A DNA stretch of 63,860 nucleotides, the filler included, from Thermodesulfobacteriota bacterium (GTDB taxonomy: Bacteria > DASVDK01): the NCBI GenBank assembly GCA_036381125.1. It is 9 parts of 9 records of this genome, joined end to end, with 100 filler letters (N's around TTAATTAATTAA, not from the genome) between each part and the next. Parts side by side here need not be neighbours in the genome. Positions count along the whole stretch, not along the records: positions 51,899 to 59,098 come from DASVDK010000045.1; positions 59,199 to 63,860 come from DASVDK010000051.1; 7 more parts are not named here. One strand, written 5' to 3'. The position numbers and the translations under genes are program-made. The notes under the pieces were generated by a model. That model was not told the origin of the DNA and searched no databases. It was given only the letters and a program-made list of their open reading frames with translations. Below, in pieces: positions 55,732 to 63,860 of the stretch; the first letter of the stretch is position 1, and each line of letters starts with the position of its first letter.

Positions 55732-57327
55732 TCAGATGCTGAGGGCCTTGACGGCCCGGCTGCGCGTCATGATGTCGAACACCGTCTTGGTCCCGATCAG
55801 CGCCGTGAAGAGGTTGATGATGACGCCGGCCGACAGCGTCACGGCGAAGCCCTTGACCGGTCCGGTGCCGAAGATGAAGAGCACGAACGCCGTGATGAGC
55901 GTGGTGACGTGCGAGTCGAAGATGGTCCAGAACGCCTTGTCGTAGCCGGAGTCGACCCCCGCCCTGACCCCCTTGCCCGCGCGGAACTCGTCGCGCATCC
56001 GCTCGAACATCAGGACGTTCGTGTCGACCGCCATGCCGATGCCGAGGACGATCCCCGCGATGCCGGGGAGCGTGAGCGTCGCCCCGAAGAGCGCGAGCAC
56101 GCCGAGCAGCAGGAGCACGTTCAGCACGAGCGCCAGGTCGGCGACCACGCCGCCCACCCGGTAGTAGAGGATCATGAAGCCGATGACGAGCACGGTCGCG
56201 ATGACCCCGGCCTTGAGCCCGGCCCGGATGGCGTCCTCGCCGAGCGAGGCGCCGACGGTGAGGTTCTGGACGATCTTGACCGGCGCCGGCAGGGCGCCCG
56301 CCTTGAGCACCACGGCGAGGTCGTACGCCTCGTTCGCCGTGAAGCTGCCCGAGATCTCCGCCTGGCCGCCGGTGATCGCCTGGCGGATCACCGGCGCCGA
56401 GTAGACGGTGTCGTCGAGGACGATGGCCAGCCGCTCGCCGACGTGCGCGCTCGTCACCTCGCCGAAGATCCGCGTCCCGCGGGAGTCGAACGAGATCCCG
56501 ACGGTCGGCTCGTTGAGCGGCCCGCGCTGCACGCGTGCGTCGGTCAGCACCTCGCCGGTGAGGAGCGGCTCCCGGCGCACGAGGATCGGCTGCTCGGAGA
56601 CCGCCCCGGTCTGGCGGTTGACGTTCCGCTCCTGGAGGAGCTGCGTGCCGGGCGGCGGGCTGCCGACGAGCGCCTGCTGCATCGCCTGGGGATCGTCCAC
56701 GACGAGCTTGAACTCGAGCTGCGCCGTGCGGCCGATCAGGTCGATCGCGCGCTTCGGGTCCTTCACGCCGGGGAGCTGGACGACGATCTGGTTCGACCCC
56801 TGGCGGGCGATGACCGGCTCGGTCACGCCGAACTGGTCGATGCGGTTGCGGAGCACTTCCACCGCCTGGGCGACCGCGTCGCTCGACAGCCGCGTGACCT
56901 CGTCGGGCGACAGCGCGTAGACGACCGTCACCCGGCCGCCGGTCCCCTCCTGGCGGCTCCGCTGCACGAGCCCCGGCAGCTCGTCGCGGATCGCCGCCTC
57001 GGCCTCGGCGGCCTGCGCGGCGCTCTGGTAGGTGACCGACACGCGGTCGCCCTGCGGCTCGACCACGGCGAGCCCGGCCTCGCGCCGCTGGAGCACCTGG
57101 CGGATCTCCGAGGCGTAGGCGGCCAGGCGCGACTCGACGGCCCTGGGCGAGTCGACCTCGAGGAGCAGGTGCATGCCGCCCTGGAGGTCGAGCCCCAGGT
57201 TGATCCGGCTCGCGTTGCGCACCCACCAGTCGGGCAGCCGATCCGGGATGATCGTCGGCAGGAGCGCGATGACGGCGAGGACCGCCGACAGGACGATGAG
57301 GGTGACCCGCAGCCTGATCCCGCGCAC
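55732..57327 (-). CDS. secD: protein translocase subunit SecD
   Basis: LGLDLQGG, RIDQFGVTEP, LTLPGIAG, GMAVD.NVL..ER. Confidence 0.95.
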   Translation of the reverse strand: MRGIRLRVTLIVLSAVLAVIALLPTIIPDRLPDWWVRNASRINLGLDLQGGMHLLLEVDSPRAVESRLAAYASEIRQVLQRREAGLAVVEPQGDRVSVTYQSAAQAAEAEAAIRDELPGLVQRSRQEGTGGRVTVVYALSPDEVTRLSSDAVAQAVEVLRNRIDQFGVTEPVIARQGSNQIVVQLPGVKDPKRAIDLIGRTAQLEFKLVVDDPQAMQQALVGSPPPGTQLLQERNVNRQTGAVSEQPILVRREPLLTGEVLTDARVQRGPLNEPTVGISFDSRGTRIFGEVTSAHVGERLAIVLDDTVYSAPVIRQAITGGQAEISGSFTANEAYDLAVVLKAGALPAPVKIVQNLTVGASLGEDAIRAGLKAGVIATVLVIGFMILYYRVGGVVADLALVLNVLLLLGVLALFGATLTLPGIAGIVLGIGMAVDTNVLMFERMRDEFRAGKGVRAGVDSGYDKAFWTIFDSHVTTLITAFVLFIFGTGPVKGFAVTLSAGVIINLFTALIGTKTVFDIMTRSRAVKALSI

Positions 57328-57330
57328 GGT

Positions 57331-57699
57331 CTAGACGCCTCCCTCGGGCCGGGCGTCCTCGCCCGGCGTCACGATGCCGGCGATGAAGTTCCGGTAGACC
57401 TTGACGCGGACGTTGTCGGCGATCTCGAGCGTGAGCACCTTCTCGGCCGTGCCGGTGACCTTGCCCCTCAGGCCGCCGGCGGTGTAGACCTCGTCGCCCC
57501 GCTTGATCGACTTCAACATCTCCTGGTGCTTCCGCTGCCGGGTCTGCTGCGGGCGGATGAGGAGGAAGTAGAAGACGACGAAGATGAGCAGCAGCGGGAT
57601 GAGCTGGACGAAGAAGCCGCCGGGCCCTCCCGGGGCTCCCTGACCGGCAGGTGCCCCGCCCATGGCGTACGCCGTACCCGCGAACAGCCAGTCGAACAT
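57331..57699 (-). CDS. yajC: preprotein translocase subunit YajC
   Basis: FYFLLIRPQQ, GDEV.TAGG; located between tgt and secD. Confidence 0.95.
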   Translation of the reverse strand: MFDWLFAGTAYAMGGAPAGQGAPGGPGGFFVQLIPLLLIFVVFYFLLIRPQQTRQRKHQEMLKSIKRGDEVYTAGGLRGKVTGTAEKVLTLEIADNVRVKVYRNFIAGIVTPGEDARPEGGV

Positions 57700-57706
57700 G
57701 GATCGA

Positions 57707-59098
<1,392 letters not shown>

Positions 59099-59198
59099 NN
59101 NNNNNNNNNNNNNNNNNNNNNNNNNNNNNNNNNNNNNNNNNNTTAATTAATTAANNNNNNNNNNNNNNNNNNNNNNNNNNNNNNNNNNNNNNNNNNNN
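59099..59198. other. contig linker (artificial)
   Basis: N44-TTAATTAATTAA-N44. Confidence 0.99.
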
Positions 59199-59425
59199 GG
59201 AGCGCCGCGGCAGCCGCTCGCATACACCACACACCGGCTCTGTGCGACGCCTTCTCGCAGGCGGCGCGGTCGTCGATGCCGCAGGACTTCGGCCACGGCG
59301 CCCGACGCGACGGAGTGACCCGACGGGTACCCCGGGAACGGCGGCGTCGGGATGTACGGCAACGAGGTCGGGTCGACGTCGCGTCGGATGGACGCGATGG
59401 GCCTGAGCAGCCAGGAGCGCGGCCG
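59199..59425 (-). pseudogene. fragment of a vanadium-haloperoxidase/PAP2 gene
   Basis: WLLRPIASIR..DP...PYIPTPPFPGYPSGHS..SGA.AEVL; no N-terminus or start. Confidence 0.6.
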
Positions 59426-59434
59426 CGGGCTCCG

Positions 59435-59797
59435 TCACGCGGCACCGGGCCGCGCTCGCGCCGCAACGGTCAGACCGTACGCGAGCAGGACCACGATCGC
59501 GATGTGGTAGGCGACGTCGGGGACCGTGCGGGGACCGACGCCGACGATGATCGTGAAGATCCCGACGAGCGTCGCGAGAAGCGCGAATGCCTGAGCCCCC
59601 AGGCCGGCCCGGCTGGTCCACGCGGGGCGGATCCAGGTCAGCGCCAGGCCGACCAGCAGCACGACGGCGATCACGCTCTCGGCAATGCGAGCCTCCCGGT
59701 GCTGGTAGCCCTTGATGAGCAGCCCGGCGTGGGTTAGGGCGGCCACGACGAACGTGGCGGCCTCGACGAGCAGGAGCAGTCGGGTTCTCCGCGTCAT
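59435..59797 (-). CDS. four-TM hypothetical membrane protein
   Basis: GGAGGT RBS; four hydrophobic segments. Confidence 0.7.
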   Translation of the reverse strand: MTRRTRLLLLVEAATFVVAALTHAGLLIKGYQHREARIAESVIAVVLLVGLALTWIRPAWTSRAGLGAQAFALLATLVGIFTIIVGVGPRTVPDVAYHIAIVVLLAYGLTVAARARPGAA

Positions 59798-59940
59798 GGT
59801 CTGGCACCTCCGTGTTCGGGGTCCGGAGCGCTCCCTCCGACCGCCCGACAGGATGCCGCGGGATCGCCAGGGGAATCCTTCGCTCGAGTAAAGCTCCGTA
59901 AACGTCGGCGAGTGCCACGAGCGTGCCGCGAGGCGCGTCG

Positions 59941-59956
59941 TGGCACGCCTCGTGCT
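59941..59956 (+). promoter_or_regulatory. putative sigma54 promoter
   Basis: TGGCACGCCTCGTGCT. Confidence 0.5.
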
Positions 59957-59998
59957 CGAGTCTCCGGTCGATACGTGAGTCGACACGACGAGGAGAGC

Positions 59999-60241
59999 AT
60001 GATGACGCATCGAGCGCTCGCGCTCGTCGCGAGCCTGTCCCTTGGCGTCGGGGCGGCAGGATGCGCGACGGAGGGGGAGCCCGGCAGGAGCGGGGCCGCC
60101 GACTCCGCCGAGCGGACGCCGCGGCCCGAAGGCCCGGCGCTGGGGGTCGGGCCGTGGACGCTGACCGGCGACGTGCCGCCGAACACCCGGCAGCCCGCGC
60201 TGGGCCACGGCGCCCCCGCGCCTCCGTCACCTGCCCGCTAG
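59999..60241 (+). CDS. small lipoprotein
   Basis: GAGGAG RBS; lipobox AAGC. Confidence 0.55.
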   Translation: MMTHRALALVASLSLGVGAAGCATEGEPGRSGAADSAERTPRPEGPALGVGPWTLTGDVPPNTRQPALGHGAPAPPSPAR

Positions 60242-60668
60242 CCGCCGATCGCCCCGGCGCTGCGCGGCCCGTCTTGGAGGACCTGCCCCCGTCCGATTCG
60301 GCGAGCCGGCCGACCGCTCCGTGGGGCGGGACGCGCCGACGCGACCGGCCAGGGCCTGTCCGCAGAGACCGGTTGCGGGACCGGCCGGAGGTGCGGCCGA
60401 CGGCCGGCGGACGCGGCGACACGGGAGCCCGGGCCGAGCGGCTCGGGGGTCGAGGGGACGCGAGCCGCTCGGCCGGCACCGGAGCGGGGAGGCGGGCCGC
60501 GCAGGCGGCCCCGGGCCGCAGGCCCGAGCGCCGTGACACCGGTCCGCGGGCGACCCGTCGGGACGGGGGCCGGACCGGCCCCGCCGTTCCGGGGGGCGAA
60601 CGACCAGACGACGTGGCGCGGCGGGAGGCCCCTGCCAGGGCCTCGCCCCGAAGCGGTGCAGCCACAGC

Positions 60669-61178
60669 CTAGGCGGGTCGCTCGGAAGCCGCGGGCAACG
60701 GACGGCGCACGGCGAGATTGAGGAGGCCGAGCACGACGGCGGCGCCGACGGCGAGCCAGGTCGTCGTGCTGCTCACGGGGCCGATCCCGACGAGCGGGTC
60801 GACGGCGTAGGCGCCAGGCCCGGTGAAGGCGAGGACGAAGGTGCCGATCGCGTACACGAGCGCGAGCTCGTAGCCGTTCGCCTGATTGAAGAAGCCGTTC
60901 CTCCAGTGGACGGCCCCGATCGCGACGACCATCGTCACGATGACGAGCGCCGGGCCGAGCGGACCGAGGAAGCCCGCAGCGGTGAGGAGCCCGCCGCCCA
61001 CCTCCCCGAGGCCGGCCGCGGTCGCGAAGAGCGCGCCCGGCCGGAACCCGAGGGTCTCCATGAACCCGCCGGTCCCCTTGATCCCGTAGCCGCCGAACCA
61101 GCCGAAGAGCTTCTGCGCGCCGTGCGCCGCGAGACCGAGGCCGAGGACCAGGCGCGCAATGAGGAGTGCTTCGTCCAT
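60669..61178 (-). CDS. DoxX-family membrane protein
   Basis: HGAQKLFGWFGG.G..GT, E..GG, VHW.NGFF, GYE, GPG.Y.VD. Confidence 0.9.
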   Translation of the reverse strand: MDEALLIARLVLGLGLAAHGAQKLFGWFGGYGIKGTGGFMETLGFRPGALFATAAGLGEVGGGLLTAAGFLGPLGPALVIVTMVVAIGAVHWRNGFFNQANGYELALVYAIGTFVLAFTGPGAYAVDPLVGIGPVSSTTTWLAVGAAVVLGLLNLAVRRPLPAASERPA

Positions 61179-61489
61179 TGTTGTGTCCCTCCGCGGCCGC
61201 GACGTGCGGCCTTAATCTCAGTACTGAAGCATCTGGCGTGCCCGGCGTCCAGCCGGGACCGCGCCGGCAGTCGGAACGCGGGGTTATGCAACCGGACCGC
61301 GGGTCCGGCACCGCGGCCATGCTGCAAGGCGTGACAGGCGGCGGCGCGGCGCGCTGCATCCTGAGACACGGCGTCCCGGGGTAGGATAGGCGTTCCGGGG
61401 AGGGGCCGAGATGCCTGTCGTCGAGGTCTGGACGGTCGCAGGGGCGTGGGGCGGGGAGCCGCCGGCCGCTCCGAAGGCGCGCTGACGCC

Positions 61490-62500
61490 GTGCCCGAACT
61501 GCCGGACGTCACGGTGTACGTCGAGGCGCTCCGGCGCCGCACGGTCGGCCGCACGCTGGCCGCCGTCCGCGTGGCGAGCCCGTTCGTGGTCCGCACGGCC
61601 GATCCTCCGCTGGCCGAGGCGGCGGGCCGGCGGGTCGTCGACGTGCGGCGTCTCGGCAAGCGGATCGTCCTGGCCCTCGACGGCGAGCTGTTCCTGGTCG
61701 TCCACCTCATGATCGCCGGCCGGCTCCACGCGAGACCGGCCGGCGCCCGGCTCGCGAGCAAGGTCGTGCTCGCGGCCTTCGACTTCCCGGGCGAGACCAT
61801 CCTCCTCACCGAGGCGAGCACCAGGAAGCGGGCGTCGATCCACCTCGTTCGCGGCGAGGCCGCCCTCGCCGCCTTCGATCGCGGCGGCCTCGACGTCCTC
61901 GCCGCGGACCTCCCGGCCTTCCGCGCGGCGCTCGCGCGCGAGAGCCACACGCTCAAGCGCGCCCTCACCAACCCTCGCCTCTTCGACGGCATCGGCAACG
62001 CCTACTCGGACGAGATCCTCCATCGAGCCCGCCTCTCGCCAGCGAAGCTCACCGGGAGCCTGACAGAGGCCGAGGTCGAGCGGCTCTACCACGCGGCGCG
62101 CGACACGCTTGCCGGGTGGATCGCACGCCTGCGCGCCGAGACGGGGGAGGGGTTCCCGGAGAAGGTGACGGCCTTCCGGCCGGGGATGGCGGTGCACGGG
62201 CGCTACCGCCAGCCCTGCCCGGTCTGCGGCTCGCCGGTACAGCGGATCGTCTACGCCGAGAACGAAGCAAACTACTGCGCCACCTGCCAGACCGGGGGCC
62301 GGCTCCTCGCGGATCGCGCGCTGTCGCGCCTGCTCCACGCCGACTGGCCGCGGACGCTCGAGGCGCTCGAGGAGCGCCGCGAGGCGCTCAAGGGTCAGGA
62401 CGCGGCGGCCAGCCGGGCGAGCCGCACCCCGATGTCCCAGAGGCCGCCGGGGAAGCGGGCCGCGTCGCGCAGGACCGATCCGAGCGACGCGACGAGGTGA
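61490..62500 (+). CDS. Fpg/Nei-family DNA glycosylase
   Basis: N-terminal [29 protein letters not shown]-terminal zinc finger. Confidence 0.9.
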   Translation: MPELPDVTVYVEALRRRTVGRTLAAVRVASPFVVRTADPPLAEAAGRRVVDVRRLGKRIVLALDGELFLVVHLMIAGRLHARPAGARLASKVVLAAFDFPGETILLTEASTRKRASIHLVRGEAALAAFDRGGLDVLAADLPAFRAALARESHTLKRALTNPRLFDGIGNAYSDEILHRARLSPAKLTGSLTEAEVERLYHAARDTLAGWIARLRAETGEGFPEKVTAFRPGMAVHGRYRQPCPVCGSPVQRIVYAENEANYCATCQTGGRLLADRALSRLLHADWPRTLEALEERREALKGQDAAASRASRTPMSQRPPGKRAASRRTDPSDATR

Positions 62501-63774
62501 TCGATCTGCGCGTCGGTCACGACGAGCGGCGGGATGAGCTTGACGACCTCCGAGGCGCTCCCCGCCGACTGTCCGAGGATCCGGTGGCGCTCGAAGAGCG
62601 CCATGACGACCATCTGCGCGAAGAGCCCCTCGCGCATCGCCCGAAGGCTCCGCCAGCCGAGCTTGAGACGCCGCGAGCGCGGCTCGCCGAACTCGACGGC
62701 GACCATGAGGCCGAGGCCGCGGACGTCCTTGACGAACTCCGACTCGGCCTTGAGCCGCTCGAGGCCGGCTGCGAGCCGCGCGCCGGCTCGCGCGGCCCGC
62801 TCCACCAGGCGCTCTTCGTCGATCGCGTCGAGCGTGGCGAGACCGGCCGCCATGGCGAGGTCGTTCTCGGCGAAGGTCGCCGAGTTGACGACGCAGCGCT
62901 CCATGGTGTGGAAGACCCGCCGGTAGACGTCGGGGCGCAGCAGCACGGCGCCGACCGGCACGAGGCCGCCCGACAGCGCCTTCGCGAGGAGGAGCATGTC
63001 GGGAACGACGCCGTAGTGCTCGAGCGCGAAGAGGCGCCCCGTGCGGCCGAGGCCGGTCTGGATTTCGTCGAGCACGAGGAGCGTCCCGTACCGCTCGCAG
63101 AGGCGCCTGGCCTCCGCGAGGTACCCGTCGGGCGGCAGGTGGACGCCCCCGCCCTGGATGGGCTCGGTGATGAAGGCGGCGACGTCGCGCGCCGCGAGCT
63201 GCCGCTCGAGCGCCTCGAGGTCGCCGAACGGGACGTCGGTGAAGCCGGCGAGCAGCGGCCCGAAGCCCCGCCGGAAGTACTCGTGCCCCATCGCCGAGAG
63301 CGCCCCGTAGGTGAGGCCGTGATAGCCGTTCGCGCAGTAGACGACTCGCGTGCGGCCGGTCGCGTAGCGCGCGAACTTGAGGGCCGCCTCGGAGGCCTCG
63401 GTCCCCGAGTTGGTGAAGTGGGCCTGGCCGAGGTCGGCCGGCGCGCGGGCGGCGAGCGCCTCGGCGAGCAGGCCGGCCAGCAGCGGCGTGTCCATCTGGA
63501 CGAGGTTCGCGCGCTCGAGGGCGAGCAGGTCGGCGATGGCCTTGACCACGGTGGGATGGTTGCGCCCCAGGTTGAAGACGCCCCAGCCGGACAGCGTGTC
63601 GAGGTACTCGTGGCCGTCGGCGTCGACGAGGACGGCGCCCTCGGCCCGCACCCAGGTGCGGTCGAAGCCGAGGGCGCGCACGACGCGCCCCATCTGCGGG
63701 TTCACGTAGCGATCGTAGAGCGAGCGGTGCTCGGCGGCGCGAGCGCGGACGATCTGGGCGAGGTCGAAGGGCAT
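62395..63774 (-). CDS. class III aminotransferase, HpnO-like
   Basis: YVNPQM..V...[39 protein letters not shown]. Confidence 0.85.
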   Translation of the reverse strand: MPFDLAQIVRARAAEHRSLYDRYVNPQMGRVVRALGFDRTWVRAEGAVLVDADGHEYLDTLSGWGVFNLGRNHPTVVKAIADLLALERANLVQMDTPLLAGLLAEALAARAPADLGQAHFTNSGTEASEAALKFARYATGRTRVVYCANGYHGLTYGALSAMGHEYFRRGFGPLLAGFTDVPFGDLEALERQLAARDVAAFITEPIQGGGVHLPPDGYLAEARRLCERYGTLLVLDEIQTGLGRTGRLFALEHYGVVPDMLLLAKALSGGLVPVGAVLLRPDVYRRVFHTMERCVVNSATFAENDLAMAAGLATLDAIDEERLVERAARAGARLAAGLERLKAESEFVKDVRGLGLMVAVEFGEPRSRRLKLGWRSLRAMREGLFAQMVVMALFERHRILGQSAGSASEVVKLIPPLVVTDAQIDHLVASLGSVLRDAARFPGGLWDIGVRLARLAAAS

Positions 63775-63860
63775 CGCGGCGCTCCTCCCCGGATGCCCTT
63801 ATGGTGCGGCGCGGCGCGGCGCCGCGCCAGCCCGGCGCGCTACCGTTGGCGGGATGCTCG

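Noticed and set aside
60242-60668. Long GC-rich intergenic region with a hairpin near 60432-60473
   Set aside because: No recognisable RNA family motif; hairpins are common at this GC content.
61218-61227. Palindrome TCAGTACTGA upstream of DoxX
   Set aside because: Only 10 bp and no regulator nearby; too weak to call an operator.

Overview
The window is not one locus. It holds nine short contigs from a very GC-rich bacterial assembly (probably a MAG), joined by eight 100-nt N/TTAATTAATTAA linkers, so adjacency across linkers means nothing. Most long ORFs in the supplied track are GC-rich shadow frames. Contents by contig: (1) pth, a K+-dependent (probably Na+) membrane pyrophosphatase, an M20 peptidase, ychF, a stand-alone C39-like protease and a Flp-like pilin; (2) korAB, an amidohydrolase, a ribokinase/CoA-transferase/CitE-lyase/ABM operon, an aldo-keto reductase, a CGNR zinc-finger regulator with a doubled operator, an Fe-type binding protein and an MCP; (3) part of a surface-glycan cluster; (4) a histidine kinase, DUF4383, a PilZ-EAL protein and ABC genes; (5) a SAM-I riboswitch controlling a thrC-like gene plus a MoaD/ThiS carrier, then stress genes; (6) groEL with an internally deleted groES, CIRCE, a DAHP synthase, an OmpA/MotB lipoprotein and a decayed mobile region (tRNA-Arg 3' att fragment, an HNH element with a terminal palindrome, and a MITE-like copy of its 3' end); (7) an SgmX-like TPR protein and ExeA-type ATPase; (8) queA-tgt-yajC-secD-secF-recJ; (9) DoxX, an Fpg-like glycosylase and an HpnO-like aminotransferase. 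The best candidates for new biology are the HNH/palindrome/MITE system, the CGNR operator TGTAACG-N18-CGTTACA, the SAM-regulated ThrC-like/sulfur-carrier pair and the groES remnant. Family calls come from recognising motifs by eye; no searches were run. No CRISPR array, rRNA or complete tRNA was seen.
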